Below, in pieces: positions 11,814 to 23,374 of a stretch of 64,000 bases of DNA. A program made the translations under genes and the position numbers. Location: assembly GCA_004764695.1 (NCBI GenBank), contig SMSO01000031.1:9530761-9594760 (forward strand), read 5' to 3'. Below the pieces are notes generated by a model. That model saw nothing but the letters and a program-made list of their open reading frames with translations. It ran no database searches and was not told the DNA's origin. The first letter of the stretch is position 1. Every line of letters begins with the position of its first letter. The DNA is from Schizochytrium sp. TIO01. Its lineage: Eukaryota > Protista > Bigyra: Labyrinthulomycetes.

Positions 11814-12660
11814 TTGAATGGAAACTTATTTAATTAAAACAAATTGTTAAAAAAGTGAAATATAAATATAAGTAAATAAGTAAGTAAGGCGCACATGAAA
11901 CTTCCCACTCTTATATAAAATATGTAAATATGTATACATACAAGAGACGAAATGAACGATGGAAATGGAAGAGGTCATTGGCGTCTTCTTCTTGAAGCAT
12001 CCGGGTGGTTGAATTGCATGCATTGCGAGGCACGAATTGGCCGTCTGCCTGCCTGCTCGGCTGCCCGCCTTCCAGTCCCGGCTCCCCATGCCCATCCATT
12101 ATGCATGTCCACGCGATCTCAACACGTGCAGCGCGAAGCCTTCATGTAGCCTGGAGTCCGTCCACATGTATGCCTCGCTCGCTCCGATGGCCATCTTAAG
12201 CGGAGAAACTCATGACGACGATCGTGAGCTCATGGGTGAGTGATGAAAACCAACGAACGCAGATCCATCCTGAGCTGCGTATCGCGTCTGAGCTGGCTGA
12301 GGCCTCAATTGGTTCGTTCACAAATCAATCCAACGGAATCGATCGAAACAAACACGCACTCGCCCATCCATCGCACGTGAACAGAGATCGCAACGGAGAG
12401 AGGTTATCAATTGTGTCATATTGTTCGTTTCCTCCTTCGTCCATGCGTTTATTCCATTCCGAAAGGCAAACCAACAGCACCTGCCCATTATTAATTAACC
12501 CATGCAGGCGCTACCTATCGCCGTCGCCGTCGTTGGTAAGTAAGTAAACTCCACGACCTCAATCGATTCCAACCCAAAGCCTCTCACACGAAGGAGAAGA
12601 GAAGAGAATCGCTGTAATGCAAAGCTCCATCCACCCGTCGATGGATCGATTAGTTTACCA

Positions 12661-12834
12661 ATCTCACTCAGTCACATTTAATCACAGTCGATCACGTTCA
12701 TTCGTTTTCAATCGTTTTCAATCATTTGCAATCGTTTTCAATCATTTGTAGTCGTTTTCAATCATTTGCAATCATTTGCAATCATTTGCAATCATTTGCA
12801 ATCACATTCAATCACATTCAATCACATTCAATCA
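12661..12834. repeat. Degenerate 10-bp minisatellite (ATCATTTGCA / ATCGTTTTCA / ATCACATTCA), about 17 units
   Basis: Units fall exactly on consecutive 10-base blocks from 12661 to about 12834. Confidence 0.9.
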
Positions 12835-13441
12835 ATTATAAGCGGCGGCTCACAGGTGCGCAATACCGGGTAACGCGGGGAACGCTTGAGGGAGGGCAGT
12901 CGATTGCAATGCGGGGCTTTCCTCGCTCGCTTGAGGAGAGGGACAAAGAGGTCGAAGCTGGAGAGGCCGCGCGAAGGCCGGGCAGACATGGGTATACTGC
13001 AGCTCGATCGAGGCCGCTGGCGAGTCTGAGGAGCAGCAGAGGGCATTTCAAGGCGGCAGCCGATCGCAGGACAAAGAATTGGCCAAGTGCTTTGATTGAC
13101 TGCCTGCTGAAAGACTGGTAGCGGTAGATAGTCGAAACCAGTAGCAGTTGGTCGCCTCCTTGCTTCCATGTGTCTCTTTCTTTTAAAAAGTGATAAGTTC
13201 TTTCTTCGGGTAAAGAGGATTAAAGGTACTAAATATTGTGTACTGTGTATGTGTATATATGTGTGTGTAATGTATGCATGTCTGGAAATGATATCGTCGA
13301 ATGGGCTTTAGAGTCGTCGTGGTTATGAAACATCCTCATTGGCGAAAGTAAATTGTAATTGGAGTGGTGACAATATGATGGAGTAGATAGTTCCTTCCGC
13401 CTGTGAACGGGGAGGGAAGGAAAAGGAAATGAGGGGAACAT

Positions 13442-13660
13442 TTTGTTTGTTTGTTTGTTTGTTTGTTTGTTTGTTTGTTTGTTTGTTTGTTTGTTTGTTT
13501 GTTTGTTTGTTTGTTTGTTTGTTTGTTTGTTTGTTTGTTTGTTTGTTTGTTTGTTTGTTTGTTTGTTTGTTTGTTTGTTTGTTTGTTTGTTTGTTTAATT
13601 TTGTTGAAAATATTGAAAATGTTGAAAATGTTGAAAATGTTGAAAATGTTGAAAATGTTG
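13442..13660. repeat. (TTTG)~38 microsatellite followed by (GAAAATGTT)~6
   Basis: Uninterrupted TTTG run at 13442-13596, then a 9-bp repeat at 13603-13660. Confidence 0.95.
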
Positions 13661-16149
13661 CTCGTTTGTTTGTAAGGCTGCTTTTGCGATGCTTAGAGCC
13701 GCAGCAGAGGGGCGTGTATTCGCTCCAGCAAGACGGGGAGCAGAAGGTGGGTGGAGATCGCCAGCACATCGGCCAGGAGCGGTGTGTTTTGACTTACGCA
13801 CTCCGTTCACGCGCTCGCTCTGATGAATAAACTCGATCGATCTTCAATGGAAAACCTTTAAGAGAGCATCAGCACGTACCTACTTACTTACTTATACTTA
13901 CTTACTTATAGAGAAGGACAGCGCACTTTTGCAGGAAAAGGTGAAAAGGAATTCAAAGAACAAAGAAACTAAAAAGCAAAATCAAAGATTTTTTCTTTTC
14001 AGGATCGAGTTGGACTAAATGAAAGTGAGAGCGATTCTGATATTGTTGTTATTGTTGTTATTGTTGCTGTTGCTGTCAATTCTTGGAGCTCATCGTCGAT
14101 GTCTGTCCAGAGAGATCTACTGTGCACAAGCAGATCTCAGGCTCTGGCGGATGAGCCTCTGCGTAGTGAAAGCGTACCGTAGAAGGTCATTGGCGGCGGC
14201 TCTGAGAGTGCGGATGTGCTCCTCCAAAAAGTCCGCATTGTGCACCATTATTTATTTACTTATTTATTTATTTATTTATTCCCTTTCACAGCCCAGGTAG
14301 CCGCGCTTAGCCCTTATGGTAGCAGTCCATGGATTAAAAGAAATGTAAAAGACTTTCCGACTCTTTCGATTTTCGTTTGTTTTATCTTGATTTATAAAAT
14401 TCTGATTTTAATTTTGACTTTGACTAAAACCAAAACATTTAAACTAAAATTTTATTTTAGTTTAATTTGAAGAGTACATTACATTACGAATAAAAGAGAT
14501 GTGAAGAAGAATGAAATGTGACAAAGACCGTGAAAGGAAACAGAAACTTTTCGAGGCAAAGGCGGCGATCGCGCGCGGGCTCAATCGACGAGGAACTCGG
14601 TCTGCCGAAGCTGCCAGACGGTCGCAGGCGCCCTCCCTCCTCTTCTGCGCTCGAGGTCGCCTCGGAGTGCCTTGAGGCCTCGGCATCGCACATTCGCTCG
14701 CTCGTTATCTCTCTGTGCTGCTGTCTGTACACAGACAGGGCAAAACAGGTGTAAGCAAGCAAGAATCAGACAGGCGATCCCTTCACATCGCCTGGCAGAC
14801 GCGACCGGCCAGCGGCGACAAGAGGGCAGGGCAACCAGGCGCAGGCCGACATCGCGAGGCGTCGCTGCCTCGGGCCGGAGTGGGCGAGCAAGGACAGCGC
14901 GGCGAGGCAGACCTAAGTGGCCAAGAGGTCCGTCTGTCTGTCTGTCTTTCTGTCTGTCTGTCTCTTTTGTCCTTTCTTTCCTCTCTTAGAATTGTTGAAA
15001 GAGTTCCTTTTCTTTGGACTAAAAGCTTCTTTTAGTTTGTTTTGGAGAAGAAGAAGAAGAAGTTTTAACTTTCGGTTTATTTATTGAAAGGGAGAAGGAA
15101 AAAAGGAAAGAAAGAAAGAAAGAAAGGAAAGAAAAGAAAAGAGAAGAAAAGAAAAGAAAAAGAAGGAAAGAGTTGAGTTTTTCAGAGTTTTTCCTTTCTT
15201 TTTCTTTCTTTTCTTTTTGTTTTTCTGATTGTTTTTTCTTTTTGTTTTGTTTCGTTTTGTTTTCTCGCAAAGAGTGTGTGCGCGAGAGAGAGGGGACAGA
15301 AGAAGTGAAGTATAGGATAATAGGCCATAGTGTGGGGCGGTATAAGTGGTTTGCGGTAGAATTTGTTTCACTTTGAGGAGGCGCACAAGTGGATTATAGC
15401 TCCAGGCCAGCGCCGCGTCAATCACACGGCATCAATTGCGAATTGCACAAGCGACGGCGAGCGAGGAGAGCCGTGCGCTGCGATTGCGGTGGAGCAAGTG
15501 GCAAGCGGCCTTGCTGACACAGGCAGGCAGGAGTCGAAAGCGGGCGGACACGCAGGAGGGAACAGTTCACGCTAGCCAGCAGCACAGACACTCGCAGCTG
15601 CATCTGGGCGGCACGAGGAAACTGAGCAGCAGTCAAAGAAAGCAGAAGAAATTGACTCTCTCAAATATATATAACTTGGTGCAATTCATCCTGCAGTCGT
15701 CAATTCGATCATTTATTTAAGGATAACTGAGGATAGCAAACTGGGCAGCGTGCTGGCGGAGAGTTCGCTGGCTGTACATACATACGTAAATATATACATA
15801 CGCGCATTACGTATATCGATTGAAGCAGCCACGCGGAGCTGGGTTTGACAGTCGTTTGGCACAAGGCCAATCTGATACTCTGATTTGGCATCGTGAACTG
15901 CATGCAACAGCCTCGTCCTGCACAGCAGAGCTCTACGTTACCGACGACTGATATAGACAACCCCCCAAAAATCAGTGTGCTGAGCAACAAAAGGTAAATC
16001 GCGATTTCAATCTAGTTCACAGACACGCAAGTGCTAGGTTTTTGTGCGGATTCTGTGGCAGGGTGTTCTTCCATTCTCACTCGTCCGATTTTCGTCTGGG
16101 CTATCGTCGGGGTTTGGTGCAGTAAATCAGTCGGGGCGAAGGCGCCACT

Positions 16150-19100
16150 ATGGCCACCGTCTCGACCAAACCCGTGTTCACATCCGCTCGGATAGAACAA
16201 CCGCTTGCACAGCAACGAACTGGGCTGGCGGATCCTAAAACTCAACCCATCAGAGCACCAGGAGCAACATCTGAAACGGAAGAGAATAGAAGGCATAGAA
16301 ATGACAGCGAGACATCAACAAAATCAACTAGGACGGACGAGACTGTCTCAGACAATGACGCCCCTATGGAGCCCGAGGTAGACGAAACCGAGAGAGAGGC
16401 TGCGGAATGTGCAGCCAAGGAGAAAGAACTCCAAGACAAACTCGCCGCAGAAAAAACGCAACGAGCAGTAGCGCTCGCTGGAGTGATTTTTGGCCTGGTA
16501 AATCTCAGCTTTCTACAGCATGTGCGTAAAGTGCAAGGCTTGGCAACGTCCTGGGCCTCCATGAGCTACCTTGAAATGTACAGTTGCGCAGCTCCATTGT
16601 TGCTTTTTGGGATGTACTCCTTGCTTACAAATTTTTTGGGTATTGACCTCATTGCAGGCTCCTACAAACCTGACACCCAGATCCTTACAACGAGTGCTAT
16701 TGCAGAAACATCAGTCCAGTCTCGTTATTCAGATAGCAGCATTCGATCCGGGACCGACAGAAATTTTGATAAAGGACCACATGGTCCTGACAAACGCCAA
16801 AAGAACACACCTGCTTTGAACGCTGGTCTTGGCATGTTTAATCCATCAAATATGGCTACAAGTGACATGAGTTGGCTTCTTTCACCAATGTCCACTTCAA
16901 GTGCATCGACAGCATCAACAGCTGCTTCATCAAGGCAGACAAGATCGTCATCTGCCTCGTCTTCGACCACCCTACGTACCAAAAATGTCAACATTATTCG
17001 GACCTCTAGCATGGATAGCAGCAGCAGCAGCGATAGCAGTATTAGCCATATCATTAACAAGAGAGATGGGGAGGCTGCTAAGCTTTCTAAGCTTGGCAGC
17101 GGTGAATCAGCCAGTGCGTTCTCTACGGTGGCCAGAAACGGCTCGTCCTTGTCTGGCGCACCCAAGAGCCCTGCATCACCACAACCTGTCTCGCCGCCTA
17201 TTGCACGCCCACCGGTGCTTGGCTCATCGTCATTACTTTCCCCTACACCAGCAAAGTCGGGAACAGCTGTCCCACGAAATGCGCCATCATCGGGTACAGA
17301 TGAAATGGATGCTGATGCTGCAGCCGGTGCAGGTACTGGCGCACATGCCCGGGTTTCGTCGTCCGATACTGTAGTTTCCACATCAAACGCACAAATGAGC
17401 GACAACCTCAGTGCTGGAGGACCTAAAGTTGGTGGAGAGGCCTCAAGCGCTCTGTCCTCGCTTGGTGAGCGATCTTCGCCCCCAACTCGCTTAACCGTTC
17501 TCACATCACACAAATCCTCATCCAGCTCCTCAGTCGATCCACGATCCGGCTTATCACTGAACTTGTCTCCAGCTTCGCAAATCCCTGGTGCTCTCCACAG
17601 CATGTCATCTAACAGTGCCATGGCAAAAGGACCGTCACGGTCTCCAAGTCTGTCTTCATTCAATGACCTTGAGGAATGTGGCCCCAATGGCTCAAGACGT
17701 TGGCGTCAAACAAGACAGCCATCTGCACATTCACACATGTCAGGTCTATCTGCTGGCTTTGCAGGCGTCAGTAGTCGTCTTACTCGGCATTTATCGTGTG
17801 GATCAAGCCTCGAGTTCATGGGCAAAGAAGTTGAAACACCCCTCCAGCTTGCTCTGGCAGACCTCATTCAAGTGCGAGAGTTTGTGGCCCACCTTGATAG
17901 GAAAGTGATAATTCAAACTCTTGTGGATCTTCGTAACGAGGAAGATGGGTTGTTTGAACACCAATCTGAGACTTCGTCCATGTATTCTTCCCCCACAAAT
18001 TTATCCCGACGCGGCAGCATGCAGGGCTCAAGTCTTTTGTCTCAACAGCAATCGAGCTCTAAGCGTCTTGGTACTCCAGGATCCAGTGCTCCTTCAGGTG
18101 CTCAGGACTCTAATAGCACACTTTCATCGAAAAACAAGAGCAGCAGCAACACCAATAACAACAATAACAACAACAACAACAACAACAACAACAGCTGTTC
18201 CAAAAACCCAGCTGTGCAACGTGTAATTAATGAGTCTCGGAAAAACCCCGGCGTGCCCAAGAAGATGTTATCCAAGAATGAGCAAGGATCTTTGTCAGGC
18301 AAACTCAGTTCTACCACGGAACACAAGGAGCCTAACGGCGAACCTAATTCTCTGTCTGATGTTGGTGATGAAGATTACATGGATCCCGGTTCAGCAAGCG
18401 AGTGTGAGGAACAGCATCAAGAAGATCCTGCTGATACTGATGATGCGATGACATCTAGTTCTCGCTGTAGCAAGGGTCTTCAACGTATCGATTCTATACA
18501 AACAGATGGAGAACATGAAAACGACGACCTTCCACCTCCCCCAATGACTTCTTCGAGCAATGCCTCGCATGATTCTGCGTCGATCACCGACGATCATTTT
18601 GATGTGCTTGGAGATCATGGCAAGAACGACGTGAGCTCCGAAGATTTTCCTTTCCACCCTCTTGATGCCCTTGATGATATTATTCACGTTTTGTCAGAAC
18701 CGGAGACTCTTATGCAACCAATTCTCCGTGGAGGTGATGTGGATCGCGAAGGCCCGGTGAATGGTTGGCTTCGTCTCGCAGGTGGGCCTGCGAACTTTGA
18801 CGATAGTGAGCGTAATCTCGATTTTGACCATGTTGGTGAGTTCTTCACGGCATACAACAACAACAAGCAACGCGGCCGTTCGTTGAGTGAGGACGGATTG
18901 GCGCATGCAGTGAACCACAAGTACCACTCTGCTCCCTCAGTCCCTGTTGTTGACGGCTACAACCCGGAAAATTCTCGAATCCGCGAGCCTCAGTCTGCAC
19001 AGACAGAGTCAAAGATGGATCACGATTATTCGCCAACCACACCCACTGAGGTGTTGTCATCTCGTCGCACCTCTTCCAGTTTTGGCTCACTCTCGGGCTC

Positions 19101-20202
19101 ACCTTCGTCAATGCATCTTCAAGTCCTGCTTGGACAGCTCAGTGATTGGAACTTCGACTCCCTCCAGCTCGCGCAAGATACTGATGGTAAGCCGTTGTAT
19201 ACAATGTTGTGGGTTATATTCTCCAAGTGTGATTTCATCAACTCATTCCGCATCGATCGTCGCACCTTCAAAGCATTTGCCAAGCAAGTAGATTCTCAAT
19301 ACCAGCCTATGCCATACCACAACAGCGCACACGCTGCTGACGTATTGGTTTCCATGCACCACCTTTTGTTTGAGATGCATTTAGGCCGAGAATTAACCAA
19401 GGTAGAGGCCTTTGCAGCTATTTTTGCCGCCGCAGTTCATGATATCAACCACCCTGGACGAAATAACAACTTTCTCATTCGGTCAGATCATCAACTCAGT
19501 ATCATTTACAGTGATACATCTGTTCTGGAACAGATGCATTTGGCCAACGCCTTTCAGCTTATTCATACACCTGGATATAATATCGCGGAGAATCTCTCGA
19601 AGGAGGACTTTGCACACTTCCGAAAATTGACCATCAAAATGGTTTTAGCAACAGATCTGCGAAACCATTTTGAAACCATTACCAAGCTTAAGGGACTCGC
19701 CGGTACCCTGAGTGGAGACTTCGTTTCAGTCGAGCGCCGTGACCTTATCCTCGAAGTTTGTATGAAAATTTCTGATATTGGCCACGCAAGTAAGCGCTTC
19801 CCTCTGCATAAACGCTGGAGTGAACTCATCACAGAAGAATTCTTCCAGCAGGGTGACGAAGAACAAGAGCTTGGCTTGACCGTTTCTGATTTTATGGATC
19901 GCTCTAGGCCCGAAAATGAACGGAATCAGGTCGGCTTTTTGGACTTTGTTGCTTTACCTTTGTATCAAGTGTTTCGTGAGGTGTTTCCCCTTGCCTCTGA
20001 CCTCTTCCGCCAGGCGCGAAGAAACCGAAACGAATGGAAAAGTTTGCAACGTTTGGCTACACCTCCCCCAACTTGCACTGGTAGTCCTCCTGTACCTGAG
20101 GCAGCTAGTCCCGAGGAAGAGTCCGATAGTGAAGAGAACCCTGCTACCCAGTCCCCTGGTACAGGGCAGTCTGGCCCAGTTCCCATCAAGGCCGCTGCGT
20201 AA
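16150..20202 (+). CDS. Class I 3',5'-cyclic nucleotide phosphodiesterase with two predicted N-terminal membrane helices and a long Ser-rich disordered region
   Basis: The catalytic domain (~19125-20050) has YHNSAHAADV, AAVHDINHPG, SVLEQMH, LATDL, KISDIGH, EEFFQQGDEE and NQVGFLDFV. Hydrophobic segments are AVALAGVIFGLVNLSFL and APLLLFGMYSLLTNFLGIDLIAG. Poly-Asn lies at ~18154-18192. Confidence 0.95.
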   Translation: MATVSTKPVFTSARIEQPLAQQRTGLADPKTQPIRAPGATSETEENRRHRNDSETSTKSTRTDETVSDNDAPMEPEVDETEREAAECAAKEKELQDKLAAEKTQRAVALAGVIFGLVNLSFLQHVRKVQGLATSWASMSYLEMYSCAAPLLLFGMYSLLTNFLGIDLIAGSYKPDTQILTTSAIAETSVQSRYSDSSIRSGTDRNFDKGPHGPDKRQKNTPALNAGLGMFNPSNMATSDMSWLLSPMSTSSASTASTAASSRQTRSSSASSSTTLRTKNVNIIRTSSMDSSSSSDSSISHIINKRDGEAAKLSKLGSGESASAFSTVARNGSSLSGAPKSPASPQPVSPPIARPPVLGSSSLLSPTPAKSGTAVPRNAPSSGTDEMDADAAAGAGTGAHARVSSSDTVVSTSNAQMSDNLSAGGPKVGGEASSALSSLGERSSPPTRLTVLTSHKSSSSSSVDPRSGLSLNLSPASQIPGALHSMSSNSAMAKGPSRSPSLSSFNDLEECGPNGSRRWRQTRQPSAHSHMSGLSAGFAGVSSRLTRHLSCGSSLEFMGKEVETPLQLALADLIQVREFVAHLDRKVIIQTLVDLRNEEDGLFEHQSETSSMYSSPTNLSRRGSMQGSSLLSQQQSSSKRLGTPGSSAPSGAQDSNSTLSSKNKSSSNTNNNNNNNNNNNNNSCSKNPAVQRVINESRKNPGVPKKMLSKNEQGSLSGKLSSTTEHKEPNGEPNSLSDVGDEDYMDPGSASECEEQHQEDPADTDDAMTSSSRCSKGLQRIDSIQTDGEHENDDLPPPPMTSSSNASHDSASITDDHFDVLGDHGKNDVSSEDFPFHPLDALDDIIHVLSEPETLMQPILRGGDVDREGPVNGWLRLAGGPANFDDSERNLDFDHVGEFFTAYNNNKQRGRSLSEDGLAHAVNHKYHSAPSVPVVDGYNPENSRIREPQSAQTESKMDHDYSPTTPTEVLSSRRTSSSFGSLSGSPSSMHLQVLLGQLSDWNFDSLQLAQDTDGKPLYTMLWVIFSKCDFINSFRIDRRTFKAFAKQVDSQYQPMPYHNSAHAADVLVSMHHLLFEMHLGRELTKVEAFAAIFAAAVHDINHPGRNNNFLIRSDHQLSIIYSDTSVLEQMHLANAFQLIHTPGYNIAENLSKEDFAHFRKLTIKMVLATDLRNHFETITKLKGLAGTLSGDFVSVERRDLILEVCMKISDIGHASKRFPLHKRWSELITEEFFQQGDEEQELGLTVSDFMDRSRPENERNQVGFLDFVALPLYQVFREVFPLASDLFRQARRNRNEWKSLQRLATPPPTCTGSPPVPEAASPEEESDSEENPATQSPGTGQSGPVPIKAAA

Positions 20203-20330
20203 GAGATACCACTACGCGTTTTTCTACCTCGTGAATTAAAAAACAAATGGTACCTTTAATATACATCTATGAACTCGAACTCACAGTATATGTTTAACGC
20301 AGAGGCGTTTTCAAAGAGTTCAATTTTATC

Positions 20331-20550
20331 GTATCTTATCAAATGCTGTGTTTCTCCAAATTATTTCTCCGCTCTAAGCATGATGCTTCAATACCAACCG
20401 TATTTTATTTGATAAATCAGCTCTGTCATACATTTTTTCCGTATTTTATCAAAGCCTTTGTTTCTTCAAATTATTTCTCCTCACTAAGCATGATGCTTCT
20501 ATACCAACCGTATTTCATTTGATAAGTCGGCTCTGTCATACATTTTTTCC
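20331..20550. repeat. 110-bp direct tandem duplication (2 copies, 11 mismatches, no gaps)
   Basis: 20331-20440 aligns with 20441-20550 without gaps (manual alignment, about 90% identity). Confidence 0.95.
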
Positions 20551-21252
20551 CTTCCTCTTTTTCTGATATATTAGTATACCTTCATTCGCTAGTTGGCAGA
20601 TTTACATTTCTCTTTCGAGAGTGTACTTGTTGATGCAATCATGATAGCAAAATCAGCCAAGTTGATCGTACGGGGAGACCTCCTAGCCATGAGTAGACTG
20701 AGGTTCTTCAGCTTACTTTTCAGAATTCGAAGTGTTTGAATTATTTATTGAAAATGCCTTAGTTTCTTTGGTAGAATGCTGGTATAAAACACAACAATAG
20801 CCTTCAAGGAAGCTGGCTACTGCGCTTTCTTAATCATTTTTTAAAATGTAAAGTGCCTGGGGTGAAAAGTTAGCGTAGTAGTCTCGATACAAATTCAGTT
20901 TTACCTGAAGAGGTATTCGTAGACAGACCAAGATCTGAGCGTTTCCAACACTTCGATCATTGATCAGGACTGCTACTAGCTGTTGTTCAAAATGTAATGT
21001 GTCTGGGTAGTGAGTGACATTTCAAAGTTGTCACGCTGATTGATTTGATTTTGCTCTACGTATTGCTTTGAGCATAGCAATTAAAACATAGTTAGATGCA
21101 GAGCAATGACGTTCTGTTTGTTCCGATTTGTTTCTTTTGCTATAAGGTGCTTGCTTCGTTTAACATCAGAGAAGAATATGTTATCTTCATAAGTCATAAA
21201 CTGTTGGGAGCCATTGCTCGTCGTTGCAGACTTTGGATGCTGCACAACAAAT

Positions 21253-23374
21253 TTAGAAATTGAACGTCTCCTCATCAACAATAAACTTGACCTGAGTACG
21301 CCGAGAAACGGTATTAGCCGACGAGATAGCGTCACTGACAAGCTCCTCAGGACCGCACAGAGACAAACCAACAGCAAAGCTAGATTGATCGCCTCGATAT
21401 GCAGGCCCAGATAGCTTCTCTGCGAGCTCCTGCAAGACTTCAAGAAGGTGGGGGCGACCCATTGTCACCTCAATCTTTTGTGCAGCTTCAACGTTCTCAT
21501 TCGGCTTCAGCATTGGTTCCGGAGCCTTTGTCTTAGAGAGTGGGAACTGCCATGTGACCACAAATTAAGCCCTTTGTCACAAACATACGAATGCTGAATG
21601 CAACAAGGCTTGCAAAATATGCAGCGGCAAGGGCCCCAGCAATGCAGATAGTCATCGAAATTCCTAGGATTTCAGTCCGTACGAGACTACGCCCGGCAGC
21701 AGCTGCATGGCCATATGCCCAAATGAAGCCATAGTATAGAGTGACCCCTGCAACGATATTAAGTACGGCCTTGCTTAAAGGAGAGCCAAGACGCAACCTA
21801 TAACGAGCGATCGCGCCATTGGTTTGAAGTTTCCAGGTAGTGGGTGCTCTATCTCCAAGCTCAATGGCATTTGCAAGATCCTTACCATCCTGCGTAATAT
21901 ACACATGGATATCTGCACCTCGAGCTGCCATTTGTTCAAGGTAGGATTTATGTTGTTCAAAAAAGGCTTTGCCAGTGACCATCCAGCGAAGCCCAACATA
22001 CTTGAAAGCCTCCGAGCGAAGGGCTGCATCAAGAGCAAGCGTTTGAGCAGTAATCCCAATACCACCGCATACGAAAAGAGCGGACTCGTTAGCCATGTAA
22101 CTACTATGGCGCGTATGGGTGGAACCAAAAGGTCCATCTAAGGACACATCGAGAACCTTTCCTTCCTGAAAAGAGGTTCTCACCCGTTTTGACCAATCAC
22201 CAAATTCACGGATATAAAAGGTCACAGAGTGGTTGCCTTCATCGACTTCAGCAGCACTAATTGGATGCCACTGAAGGACAGACGCATCCTTCACGTTAAT
22301 GTGATACCACTGCCCGTGGTGTGGCAAGGGGCTTGACTTATCAAGTGCTACTTCAATCTTCGTGCATGCTGTATTTTCGTCAATGGAGTAGCTAATGACC
22401 GTGCAAGCACGTGAGCGTCTCCATACGGAAATAATCTTATCCACTACGTAAGTTGCGAGGCAGGGAAACAAGTACGTATAAGTTGCTTTTGCGTGGATGA
22501 GTCCAAAAACGAAGAAGAACAGCGCGCCAATAATATGTGTGTAGTAGAATACTTGATAAGACCAACGGCGAACGACCGGTAGCGAGGTGATACAGAGCGC
22601 AACACCTCCAGCCAGAGAAACCTGGCCGGTCTTGTTCATACGTAGCATCGTTCCGCAAAATGAAGACTCAGGGACAACTTGAGACCAGCCCATGCAATAA
22701 TAGAACTTGCTTCCATCAGCATAGATGTAAGTGGCCAGCCCGACGATTGAGTGAACAAAAGCCATAACGAAGGTCAAAAACCCCAACCAGCGATGTACAC
22801 GCACCGCCCGCTCAAAGCTTACATCAAAGAGCTCCAACCAAAACGAATGCTTCGAGATTGGCGTAAGAAGGAACGCAAAGTTGATACCGAAACCCACACC
22901 AAAGACGGAACAAATCTCGTAGAGGATGTGGGTCATGTCATCGGTACCGTTAAGAATTAACATTTGCTTGCGGTTGAGCCAGTAGAGCCACATGCCAACA
23001 GCTTGAAATACAAGCCATACAAGGAGGACAAAGATTTCAAAGACTGACATACGGCCAACAATTGGCAATTCAACAATATACCAAGTGAGCCAATTGAGGC
23101 GGTTCCAACGGTATGAAGCCTCTTGATTCTGCCTGGTAAACATGTAAACTGCGGCGATAAGGCTGGCCAGACCCGTGAAAACAAACAAGTATAACGTCAC
23201 ATTATCGGTGTAGCTGATTCCATATCTGTCATCTAAACTAAGCGCGTCTGACACGGGCTTCAAGTGCTCGCCATATTCAAAGATCAACATCGTCATGCTG
23301 AAGACAGCGATTGCGAGGCCGGCCATCCACATGAGCCAGCTTATGGCCCGGCTCGCCACATGAGACATTTTCAT
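21253..23374 (-). CDS. Ferric reductase-domain flavocytochrome b, copy 1; frameshifted near 21533-21564
   Basis: Heme ligands HRWLGFLTFVMAFVH and HIIGALFFFVFGLIH; FAD motifs QWHPIS and DGPFG; NADPH motif CGGIGIT. The conserved tail (GRPHL...LCGPEEL...VKFIVDEETFNF) is in the +1 frame (ORF 21253-21561). First ATG is at 23374, with a second at 23368. Confidence 0.9.

Noticed and set aside
13323-13830. ORFs with (FVCL)n or (TNKQ)n repeats
   Set aside because: They are translations of the TTTG microsatellite.
20331-20550. Tandem H/ACA or C/D snoRNAs
   Set aside because: ANANNA and ACA-NNN words are present but only about 33 nt apart, too short for the second hairpin. There is no canonical C/D box pair. 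I kept it only as an unexplained structured repeat.
21547-21588. GTATGT...CTTAAT...CAG intron-like signal at the copy 1 frameshift
   Set aside because: The 42-nt (or 57/63-nt) excision is a multiple of three and does not reach the tail frame. It would also remove residues that align with the paralogues.
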